A DNA stretch of 64,000 bases from Geosiphon pyriformis uo1 (taxonomy: Eukaryota > Fungi > Glomeromycota): NCBI GenBank assembly GCA_016748015.1, contig JAAOMT010000094.1, positions 252,520-316,519 of the forward strand, given 5' to 3'. This document shows positions 12,076-23,700 of this stretch, in pieces. The notes under the pieces were generated by a model that made no database searches, was not told the DNA's origin, and saw only the letters and a list, made by a program, of their open reading frames with translations. Numbering within the stretch: the stretch's first letter is position 1; each line of letters opens with the position of its first letter. The position numbers and the translations under genes were made by a program.

Positions 12076-12887
12076 ATGGGCAGCAAATTAAATTGGGGAA
12101 TTCAAATATATATAGCATCCAAAAAGCAGCAAGAAACAATAGAAATTTTAATATGGACCTTTCAGATCAAATTTTAAAATTATTTAAACAATTATTTGAA
12201 ACAATTCAAAAATTGACATTTCAAATAGAAATAACAATTGATAAAAAAGAGATATAGTACAAAGATAAGAGCAGGAGAGGGAAAAACAAGAGTTCAATTA
12301 AAACTAAATGTTCCCTTCTCTACTCACCACCCGAAAGACAATGTTGAAGGAAAAATTGCCTTCGGGCAGGAGATGGAGAAAAAGGAAGCAAAGAATGAGA
12401 AAAAGGTTACAAAAGAAGATACTTGGTTCCTGAGCTCAAAGAAATAAAACAAGCTTTAGCTCATGAGACCGAACTCCCCAAAACAGGGGAGTAGACACTT
12501 GACAATGCTCAGAAATGAAAAGAAAGACTTTCTCCAGCTTATTGGTTCTACAAAATTGGAGAACAGCTTGACTTGAAAACACCATATGAAGACCTCAGCC
12601 AGAAAATGTTCAACAAAGAAGCAATACAACAAATAGAAAAATTTGTAGGGAAAAACAACCTGACCCTATATTACAAAGCAGCATATTGACTATATGCCGT
12701 CTTTCAACATTGCCCAAATGTACTACTGAATGGATCTATAAAAACCATAATGGTTAACAACATAAGACAAATAACCAATCAACAGTTCAAAGACCTACAA
12801 AAGGCAATATTTGAGGCAACAATCAAACATTATACAAATGAAGCCATGATAACAGATACATATGATTTCACAGAAGCTCAATTTTAA
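12076..12887 (+). pseudogene. Accessory ORF3 of element A (unknown function, not Env-like)
   Basis: Lies between the integrase stop and the PPT. Reads YWFYKIGEQLD...EKFVGKNNLTLYYKAAY*LYAVFQHCPNVLLN...NQQFKDL, homologous to ORF3 in B, D, F and I. Confidence 0.8.
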
Positions 12888-12901
12888 AAAGAGAGGGATA
12901 A
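12886..12901 (+). promoter_or_regulatory. Polypurine tract of element A
   Basis: AAAAAGAGAGGGATAA immediately before the 3' LTR. Confidence 0.85.
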
Positions 12902-13560
12902 TATTACCTGAGTAGAAAAACCAATTCAAAGTTATGAAGAAACATGACCAAAATGTGACATAACACAGAATAGTGCACAATAACATTGGATAACACGTTA
13001 TAATGTAGGATAATGTATTATAATGCAGGATAACACAGAATAGTGTGCAATAACATAGGATAATATGTTATAATGCAGGATAACACAGAATAACATGTAA
13101 TAATGTCAGATAATGTGTTATAACATAGAATAACTAGTGATAACATAGAAAAATAAAGCAATAACAAAAATAATAAAGCAATAGCTAGCAATAACAAGAC
13201 AATTGAAAGCAATCCTGTAAAACCAAAAGAATGTATAAAAACAAGTAGTTGTAAAAGTAAGAAAAGACAAACAGATAGATACAAATCTCTAGACAAAAAT
13301 TAAATATCCATATCCCTTCATCATTTATTATTTTCGCTATTTCATCTTCTGAAATAAACCAATTTTTAAAGAAATCAGAATCATAAATTCATGTTCTCGA
13401 ACTTCATAGAATTTATGTGAATTAACTCTTGTCTTGTACCTTTGTTCTAAAACAAATGCTTTTAGCATAACCACCTTAAACTATTAACGATTTGGACCAA
13501 TCACTCTTGATTATGGTAATTGACAATACTAATTTATCTTTTTTTTCTTTTCTTTTTTTT

Positions 13561-13608
<48 letters not shown>

Positions 13609-14006
13609 CTGTCTTATTTTTGTGAAGCAGCAACATAGTAAAATTGACTGTCTGGAAATAGACTTCGTGATAGCCTGGTAAAAGAGGGAAGCTCTTCCTA
13701 AGTTTTGGATATTAACATTATCTTGTTAGCTTACCAGAAGGGTGAAAAGACAATGCCCGACCCTAATGACTGCACTCGTTAGCTCGAAGAAGAAAGCTCA
13801 CATTTACAGAAAATATTGCAATTGACGAAAAACAAACTCTGTGCCTTATAACCAAAGAACTCAATGGGTAAATTCACATCCAGGAATAGACCTTCAGAGA
13901 CTGATAATCTAGACTAAGCCAATAGAATTATGCAAAAGATGCATCCCCAATAATTGAGAGCACCAAACGTTACCAGTTCTATTACCCACCAAGTTTACCC
14001 ATAACA
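12902..14006 (+). repeat. 3' LTR of element A
   Basis: Direct repeat of 3765-4839; followed by TSD GCAT. Confidence 0.95.
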
Positions 14007-15013
14007 GCATTAAAGATACAGATAATTCAAAGTAAACTTTGTTCAGAGAATACTCATCAAAACAAATGTCTAGTGTGCTTAACAAATTTTATATTACAAA
14101 AAACCAGAGCAATTTGAATATTATATAAAAGCTTCTAAGATTAGTAATGATTAAGTCAACAAACAAAGTTTTTTATAAGATTTGGTTTAAGAACTTCAAT
14201 AATTTCAAAAGCAAGTGATTTTTAAGATTTTACAAATTGGAAATTTTGGTTTCAAAGTTGGTTAAAACTCTTTCTTTAAGAAATATTATTAAGTCTAATC
14301 ACTTTAGAAAAATTTGGTTTAGATTAAATACTGTCAATTTTTTTAAGCTGTCATCTTTGGTCAAAAATAGAGTAAAAAGTAAAAAGATATTTTTTTTTAT
14401 TAAAAGTCAAGAAAACATATTACACATCCAAATATTAAGAATTTGAGACTATAAAAACAACTATAATTCAGGGCACAATTAATAAGAAAATAAAAAATTT
14501 TTGTATAAACAAAGATTGTATGATTAGAAATATTCTGAAAAAATCTTTTTCAAAGATGGTTTTGATTTATTTGGTAGTAAGTAAAAATTTGATTTTAGAA
14601 CTTGAGATAGTAAAAACCAAAGTAGATAAGATTATAAAAGACTGGATTAGGAAGAAATTGGTGCTTAAAATAATACCAAATCTTTGGTTTTGGCATTATA
14701 TGTCTTTGAATTATGTTAAGAATGAGATATTTTTTAATATTATAATATAAATCAGTTCAAATAAGTTGTCTCTAATTATAAAAAATTTACCTAATAACAA
14801 AACTATTGGCCTATTAAGTATTTCAAAAAAACTGTGAAAACAATATGGTTTTAAAGTTATGGCATGTCTTTTAGTTCTGTTGAATTGTTGTTTGGATATT
14901 GGCACAGTTTCTACTTTATAGAAAAAAGCTTAGATTTCTATGATTTCAAAGCTTTATGATTGGAATAGAATACTAATTAACACTAGACCAATAGCATTAA
15001 TTAAAATGATCAG

Positions 15014-17197
15014 TATTACTCATAAAAAAAACATATAAAGAAAAATAGTAGGAAAAACAGATAGACCAATAGAAAAGTAATAGTTAATATGTTGTTACTG
15101 GAAGATTTTCACACTTTTCAATACAAAAATTACAACACATACAATGAAAATTAACATCAAAATCATGCGAAAAAGGCCTATATCATCACACTTAATCAAC
15201 AAAATTAGCCAGCAATCTGAAAATAAATGATCAACAATCAATCCAATTACAACAAAGAAATATGACACAATCCAACAGTTTAACTAAGTTGGATACAAAG
15301 AAATCTTGGCAAACTAAGAAACACCAATGAAAATGAATAATTGTCGCATGTAATCAGATAACAACAGATTTTGTTATGCTCCAAAATTCTCATATGTCTT
15401 TATTAGAACAATCTAACATTCCAAATCTGCGATCAATGGTTAAAAGTAGTTACCAAGAAATGTAATCAATTGATCTACTTCTGATTATGTTGATCATAAT
15501 CACAATTGGTATCATTAATTGACAATTAATGTTCTAGATCCAGTCATCTAAATCTGATCATCTAAAAATCACTAGCTCTGAGAAAATAACATGCCGAGTA
15601 AGCTCATCATAAATTGATTAATTAAATGTATATAAATAATTGATGTATTTTAAATAGTTCTAATATAGTATGTAGATCTGATATAATTTAGTTATATATA
15701 TAGCCTCTTTGTTAGCTCAGGAAAGTATCAGTTCAACACTAAGCCAACTCTTCGCTATAGTTTTATAGTGAGCAGTTAGTCTTTTTCTCTACTCTCTTTT
15801 TTCCTTTTCTATGCTCTAAATACTTGTTATCATAATCTCAAGTATGCCTTTTCATATTCCTTATCACCATTTGAAATCACATTATTTATAACTTCTTATG
15901 TATTTGTTAAACAAAATCATTAAGCTTTCTATTACTTTTGATCTTTCAAATTATGTGTTATTACCATTTCACATTAAGTCTTGTTTTACTGAACAAGTTG
16001 TTAAAATATTAAAATAAGTAATAAAGTATCATGTTGTTAGAGAGTGGTCTCAACAATAAAAAGTTAAATCTATTTCAGTTATGTTTTACTCTTACAATTT
16101 TTTATAATTCCTATAACTTCATTTTCAAAGCGGACATTTGAATACCACACTCTTTTAACAACTAATTGAAAGAATTTTGGTTACAATTTTCTTAAGTAGT
16201 TTTGGTTTTTTCTTGTTGCTGGTTGTGCTTCTAATACATATAAAGAAATGTGATTTCTTTTTTCTCTTTAAAATACCTAAGACTAGTTCTTGCCCAAAAA
16301 CATATAATAATGACAATACTTTCTTTCACTTTTAATGACCTTATTATGTACTCCTTTCTGCTTTTCCATTTACTGAAATAGTCTATACACCCATAATATG
16401 CTATAGTCAGTAGCATAATTATGGTAATATGTGTGTTTCAAGTGAAAGCTATTGTCATTCCTAAGAAGTTACAAATCCATAGCTTTTACCCAGTAACAAT
16501 GTGAACACATTATTTAGCAATGTGAGTATTGCTTAAAAAATTATAACACATTGCTTGGGTATATAAGCAATTTTATAGAATCGAAATTATGTATATATAG
16601 TAAGAGCATTAGAAGCAGAAAAGACAGATCTCTTAGTTTAGATCTAATCTAAGCAATCTTCCAATTCACAAATTATTAATAAATAAATATTTACTATCTC
16701 AATCCATTTCTCTACTATTAACACTTTATGTTGATAGTAACTAATACTTAACTCCACTGAAACAATAGTTCTTGATTATAGTTATTGATAAGATACTAAT
16801 TTTCATCTTGCCTTGGCTTATTTTTTTATTCTTTTTGTTATTTTTTTTTTTTTTCTTTGTTTATTTTGTTGTTTACTAATTAATTAAAAATTAAAGTACT
16901 AAGTTATTGACATTAAAAATAGCCTGGTAAAAGACCCAAAAATAAGAGTAAAATTATATATATTAATAAATAGCTTACCAGAAAGGCATGAATATCAGAA
17001 TAAATTTGGCCACCAAGCTGAAAAAAAATTGAACAAAATTACAATTTCAGGAAGCTATTACAATCACCATTGAATCTCTGTTCATTATACAAAAAACTCC
17101 ACACTAAAACCTTCAAATATTATAGAACAAAGTAACTATTGAGCACCAAGTTACAGATTTTTTATTTAATCTAACACCCAAATAATCACCTGTAATA
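15014..17197 (+). mobile_element. Solo LTR of the G-type family, interrupted by solo LTR H
   Basis: 15014-15092 plus 16499-17197 is homologous to the G LTR. Decayed TSD TCAG/CCAA. It splits the RT reading frame of LINE 1. Confidence 0.8.
15093..16498 (+). mobile_element. Solo LTR H (1406 bp, separate family); TSD ATGT
   Basis: Terminal inverted repeat TGTTACTGG..CCAGTAACA; exact 4-bp duplication ATGT at 15089-15092 and 16499-16502; TATATATAG at ~15695; no coding domains. Strand inferred from the TATA orientation. Confidence 0.8.
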
Positions 17198-20100
17198 CCA
17201 AGAAAATTTTGTCAAAGATACTTTTAGATTAGATTTTTTTTGTATGCAATATATTTGGCATTCTTTATAAAAATAATTAGTATTAAAAAGTATGTTAACT
17301 TGGTCTTTAGTGTTTGCAATTGATTCAATTATAGAGAATGCTTTAGAAAAGAATAAAGAGTTGTGATTGATTTTGTAGAACATATATAAAGCATATAATT
17401 TGGTCAGTTAACATTATTTAAAGAACAGCCTAAGATGCATAAAAATGTGTAAACAATTTATCAGTTTTTTTGGCAGTATATATTAGAACAGAATTAATAA
17501 AGTTATAACTGATTTTGGTCTATTGAATGGCTATTATATACATAATAGATTGGACCAAAATAAGATTTTTTTACCTTTTTTTTGGAAAATTTTTTATGAC
17601 CCTTTTTTGTATGAAGTTAAAAGACATAAACATTTATGTGATTACTGTATTAATACAAAATTTGTAGCCAAAACAGACAAATTAAAAAACACAAATAGTA
17701 GAACTTCTTTTCTTGCAACTAATGTCTTTGTTGATAACATAATTTAGATGGAGATAGCCAAACTTCAACTCAATATATTTTGAATATTGTTAATAAATTT
17801 TTTGATATCAACAATATCTTAATTAATAATAATAAAACAGTAACCATTCTTATTAACCAAAAGATTAAAAATGTATTTTTGACTATTAATAAAAGTTCTA
17901 TATTAATTGCAAAAAAAAATGAATACATTATTATTTAGAGATTTATCTCTTTACTAATAGTTTATTTAAGTCTAGTTTAACAAAAGTTTATTTAGATGTT
18001 AGATTCTTTACAAACATGATATTAAAAAAAGCAATTTTAGATAAGCAATTCTGTTATTTAATCTTTGTTGTTTTATAGTCTATTATATATTATTGTATAC
18101 AATTTAGTTTTATTTTAGTTAATGTTTGTTGCAGATAAGATTTTTTAATTAGGAAGAGTCTGAAAGTAAAAGCTAGTGTTTAGAGATTTCTGTACAACTT
18201 GAAGTTTTTTGAATAGTCACAAACTAAAAATAAAGTGGCTGCAAAAATTAGTTTTGCTAATTCTAAGAATATTTTTAGCAGACTCTTTAATTATCAATTT
18301 TTGAATTTACAGACTTTGAGCTAGACTCTGGTAGTATTCTGTTAGATTAAAAATCAGTTTCATAAACAATTTTTTTACTGAAGTGGTATAAGTGTTTTTA
18401 AATAATAAGATCTTTTTGACAAATAACTTGCCACAAGTTTTTCACAGTCTAGAGAAGTTTTTAATGTCTAATATTTTAGATAAGAAGACCTATTACAAAA
18501 CAGTAGTTTTTTTAAAACAATATAGTATTGTTTTTGGTAACAGACTTTTGAATAAACATGATACTTTGATAACTTGGAAGACTTTTTGTCACTGGAAAAG
18601 ATTAGATTCAAAAAGTCTTGTTCTGTTTTGGTTTGCTATAGTATCTGGTTTTTGGATGGCTCAAAATCTGTTATTGGAGACAAACTAAATAATTTGAATA
18701 CTATTATTCATAATGTCTTGAATTCAGATGGTTTTAAGTCAATTAGAAATCTTCTGTATAAAGTTTGAACTAATGTTTTTGATGTTTACACTAATAAATT
18801 ACTTAAAAAATTGGATACAACAGAAGTAATTGGTGAAACAGCTGTTTACTTTTCAAATATGGACCTAAATATCGGTATTGGAATATTTAATATAGTGTTT
18901 TTTACAATAACTAAACTACAAACTGTTATTTTGGCTTTAAAATATGTGTTTTTTTCTAGTTTTGTGGTTTTGTATTTAGACAGTTAGACAGCTATTGATG
19001 TATGCAAATTGAAACTCAGTTTATCTGAACCAAATTTTTACAACAAATATTGGATAGAAAGATATTATGTTAATAATTTAATAAAAAACAAGAATTTAAA
19101 TATAATTTGGTCAAAGATTAAAGACCATTTAAGTGTGTTTGGTAATAATTGTGCTAATAAGCTGGCTAAGACAACTGTTTTTTTTCTTATGTTTTTTCTC
19201 ATTAATATTTTAAAATACTACTTGGTTGCTAATAGTTTAGCAGTATTTAACAATACATGTTATTTTATTTAAAACATTTATAAAGTAATTACTAACATTC
19301 ATTAAGAAGTGAGTTCTGGTTCCAAAATTATTAATAATTTTCTTATTTGTGATATTGATTGGATTTAAACAGCTAAAGTTTGACACCTTAACTTATACAT
19401 ACTTGTTAATATTACTAACAAGTCTATAGCTAATTCTAGAACTTATATAATAAAAACAGTTTATAAAAAACTTTCTATTGTTATATATAAGAAACTGTAT
19501 AACAAGTCTTATTCAGATGTTTTATGCTTATTTTGTAAGGATGTGAAACTTTTAGATTATTCATTTATATGTTCAAGTAATACAAACTAACAGAAAAAGT
19601 TAATTTTGAATTATGTTAAGTTTTGGTTATTATTAATTAATAGAAAGATACTTATATTCTTTCTTATATTATAGTTTTTGTTTTTTTGTCTATTTGACAT
19701 TAGATTGTATATAGTGCTTTATAAAAGATTCATTTTCAAGTCTTGGCTTAAAGATGCTTTGGTTATGTTTAATAACAAAAAAAAAACTATTTGTATACTG
19801 GTTAATTTTTTTTGTTATCTGGTTAACTTTTATTATTATAAAATATAGTTTGTTAAGATAATACATAGATTGGAAACAGAAAAGACTGGATTGGTAGATA
19901 ATGTTAATATGATACTTAAGTTAACAAATGGATTACATACAGATTTGTCTAATAGGGTGATTTATATGCTTGGCATTATTAAATTTTTTACAATAAGTTT
20001 TAGTAAACATTTGTTTTGTGTTTTTTTTTTGGCATTAATAGTAGTTCAATAATTTATATAGATACATAGTGCTGTCTAAATTAGCTTAAATAGCTGATTA

Positions 20101-20199
20101 CATATAGTAAATACATAAATTGTATTTAGTTAGGATTTCTTAGTTTAATTCTATATGCTAAATAGTAACTGGACTGTATTTATTAAATATAAAAAAAAA

Positions 20200-20700
20200 T
20201 TAAGAATTTTATTAAAATAAATTAACAAATTAAAATTAAGAATAAACAAAATAAAAAACAATAATTATTTTATTTTATTTAAAAAATAAAATCTAATTAT
20301 TATTTAATATAATACAATAAAAATATGTTTTAAATTAAATAAGATTTATATTAAGAATATATTATATTTTTATCTTATTAATAATATTATTTTTCAAACC
20401 AGAAAAAAATAAATAGTGTTTTTTAAAACCAAAACACACATAATAATCTTTTAAAACACCACAATACTTTTAAATAAAAAAGTAAATAAACCATTAATTT
20501 TAAAAAAAAATATTGATTAAATTAAAAAGTTTATTAATAATAAATATACATATATAATTACTAATAAATTATAACATAATATAATATTAATTTAAAAATT
20601 ATAATTTAAATATAAACAAAAATATATATATTAATAACAAAAAAAATAGACAAAATTTTTAATAATTTTACAAAAATTAATTAATTTAATGTTTTAACTT
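20200..20700. other. Extremely AT-rich spacer downstream of the host gene
   Basis: Nearly devoid of G on the + strand for ~500 bp. Confidence 0.7.
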
Positions 20701-20786
20701 AAACTTTGTACAATTTTCTATTTTAATGGTTTTCAAAAACTCCACATGTTGCAACAATTGTGTTTGCGTTAAATAACAGATAATTA

Positions 20787-23700
20787 TTAGCGCCTTAGTC
20801 TGACAAAGAAAGCGTTTTTACATTCAAGACTAGATGGTGGCAAATACTTGTCATAAAAGTTAACTATATACTCCTCAGCTTTGAAGCCAAGCCCTTGGTA
20901 TATAAGCTAAGAAATAAAAAGGAATAAAATAGTTTTCGAAACAACTAATGTAAAATCCATAAACAGCCAATTTTATAAACTTTGACTTACCATTGCTGGG
21001 TTATTTGCCGAAACATGAAGTGTGATATCTTTTCCGACATTGCTCTGATAAAGATAAAAATAAAACTTATGTTATTTACGTTTCCAATTGCAAAGCTGGA
21101 TTCACCATCATTGCAAATAATGTTGATTTGCTAACCTGAATGATATGGTAAAGCATAAACCTGTAAAAAAATGTGCGTTGATATTCGTATAAGATAGAAA
21201 AAAACCTGTAAAAGATAAAGATATTGGAACTAAATTAAAACACTAACTTTCCAATCCCGGATTTCTGCCATCCAGCAGCCACTGCTATGTAAGGGATATA
21301 AGATTCTGGAGTCATGAAGGCACATCCTATGACCAAACGTTTATATAATGCAACCACACTATAATCAGGATAAAGGAGATTTTCGGAAACTTTGAAAAAA
21401 GAAAGAATACAAGTTCTATTTCGATTTAGGTAATAAATTAAGCAAAATTCAGATTTCATTCCTTTAATACAAACCATCAATTCCTGGCCAAAAGCTTCGT
21501 TGCAACAGATCATTCACTTGATTTAGATGTTCTTTTTGAAAGTAACAATAATCTATAGGACTTGATATTGGTGCCTCCCATTCACTTACATTCCTATCAA
21601 TTAAAAATTGATGGAATATATTAAAAGTCTTGCAATATAATTGAACAAATGAGATAGCTTAAGTGATTTCACCTATGAACGTATCCGACAATATCTTCTA
21701 ATAACTTTAGTTTTGGGGGCTTGAGCTCGTAATCTCGAAAAATGTATGGGCGTAATATGCGACCATGATAAAGGCTGGGTATCGGCTCTTTAAAAGTGAG
21801 GGTGGTCGCAAGACGAGGCATCCCGTATAACCTTGAAGCAAAAGAATTCTCATAAGGTGTATGGGAAATCTAGTGATACTTGGAAGTTAATTCAATGAGG
21901 ATTTTAAATATAGTATGTATCTCATTTATTAGTTGAAAATTTTTAAAATTCCATGTATTAACCTACCTTAGAAATATCATTATTTGATTTCTCATCCACA
22001 CCGGAAGAATCTGGTTTTGTTTGAGCATTGACTTTGATAGGACTTTCTAGCCAATCAACATCTCCTTTTGTTACCATAGGCTCAAGTTCGCAAGATGATT
22101 TCAGCTGCTCAGTTACTACTGAGTCTAAATCAAAAATTTTGAGACCTAAATCACGCTTTATCTTATTTTAAATGAAATAGCCAAGAAAAAGTTGGAAATG
22201 GAAGGTGTACGTAAATGCCCAAGTTTTATAATTGTTGCAAAATTCGATCTAAAAATTACCCGTCTTAAGTGCAACTTTCTCTTTAATCTGGCTGCTTTCG
22301 GTGATAATGAAACATTTGTATTTTCCAGGTCTTGCAAAAGGTTCCATTCTTGTTGCTCGTCCATCAAAACCAATTTGAGGTTTTGTCGATTATTAAAGCT
22401 AAGTTTATTCTTTTTTGTGCTCGGCATATCAGGTAACTCTTTGGGTAGAGAAGCTTTTTTGGATGAAATCTGTGACATCTTCAAGGAATCAGTCTGATGA
22501 TTGATCGGTTATATTAGAAAGTCTCTTGCTGCTAGAGGGAAAAGAAAACAATCGTAAAAAATATTACAGTATGTTTATTCGTGGCTTTAATGATGAGACG
22601 AATCCGAGGAATTTTATTTTTGTCGTTTTCTGATTTTAAATCGGCTTTAGGTTTGTTATTGGAGCTTCCAGACGAAGAAAATGTTTGAATTGGAAGTTTA
22701 CTTTCCGCTTTTGAATCATGGCTCGATATGCATATTGGTAAATTGTTCGTATTTGAGAGGGAATTGTCTTGTGAGTTAATCAAATCTTTTCCATTATGAT
22801 CCTATAAAATTAAGAAAGATACCAGAATTTATATAAATCCAACTCTATGAGAATTTTTTATTGTTTATGAATACCTGGGTCTCTTCATCGCCTTTTTCTT
22901 TGCGAAAAATTTGCTTCTTGATACGTGCTTTCCAAGGTTGCGGGAACATTACCTCGGGATGAAATGTGTCCTCAAAACTCTGTGATATTATAGGGGTCTC
23001 CAAACACATTTCAAACGTTCGTTTTATTGCCTCTGGACTGATTGAATGTATAGGAGGTAGAATTGATTCGATTCGATTGGAAGAAATATCTAAGTTCGAA
23101 GGAACGGATTTAACGCGCTATGATCGGTAAAAATAGATTAGGAAAGAGGATCGAACTTTGCCAAAATCAACTATACACTTATAGACCTACTTTTGTTGAA
23201 TTACCGATTAAAGGGCACTTGGCGTCATCTTTAGTGATCGTCTGGCATTAAATTCATTTGAAATTAAATCCAAAATCTTATTAAGCTCCCAGCATACGAA
23301 ACTCAAAAATCGATATGTACCGGCTTCCGTTTGGAGGGTGTGGATATTAAGGAGCTATCGTGTTTTTTAAGGTTGGTTTTATATTTTGTCAAGTCTAAAA
23401 AAGTAACAAATGAGCGATTGATTCGATGCAAACTTTAATAAAATTGGGAAGAAAATTAAACTGAAAATTCTTACTCTTTTCTGGGGGAGAATTTTCTCGT
23501 AAAGTCCACCACCCTGTGAGTGGATAAATATTTTTAGTAATTAATGTTTTTACTTCGGGATTGAGAATTGAAATTGTAAATAAATCATATCCCTTATTAA
23601 CTATGAATATATAAACTAAAGCAAGTCTTAACCTGTTTTATGGATATCACTGGCGCCGGATAAAAATTCAGGATGAATGGATAGAACACTGGCCACAGTG

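Larger units (their letters stand above)
3765..14006 (+). mobile_element. Element A: full-length degenerate Ty3/Gypsy LTR retrotransposon with dUTPase and ORF3; TSD GCAT
   Basis: Direct LTRs 3765-4839 and 12902-14006, TGTTA..TAACA ends, TSD GCAT at 3761-3764 and 14007-14010, PBS and PPT present, domain order PR-RT-RH-IN. Confidence 0.96.
3363..20199 (+). mobile_element. Degenerate non-LTR retrotransposon (LINE 1: endonuclease-RT-RNase H-zinc finger) in three pieces (3363-3764, 14007-15013, 17198-20199), split by element A and the solo LTRs
   Basis: APE-type '(G)DFN' region at ~3430-3450. The RT motif 'RPIALI..RKILSKIL' is split across 15013/17198. RNase H 'VYT(D)...LYLDS...WSKIK(G)H...GNNCA(D)KLAK' at 18780-19170. 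CxxC motif at ~19525. A-tail at 20191-20199. Collinear with LINE 2. Confidence 0.85.

Noticed and set aside
22192-22497. Plus-strand 101-aa ORF inside the host gene
   Set aside because: Antisense shadow of a KAT14 exon and intron; no independent support.
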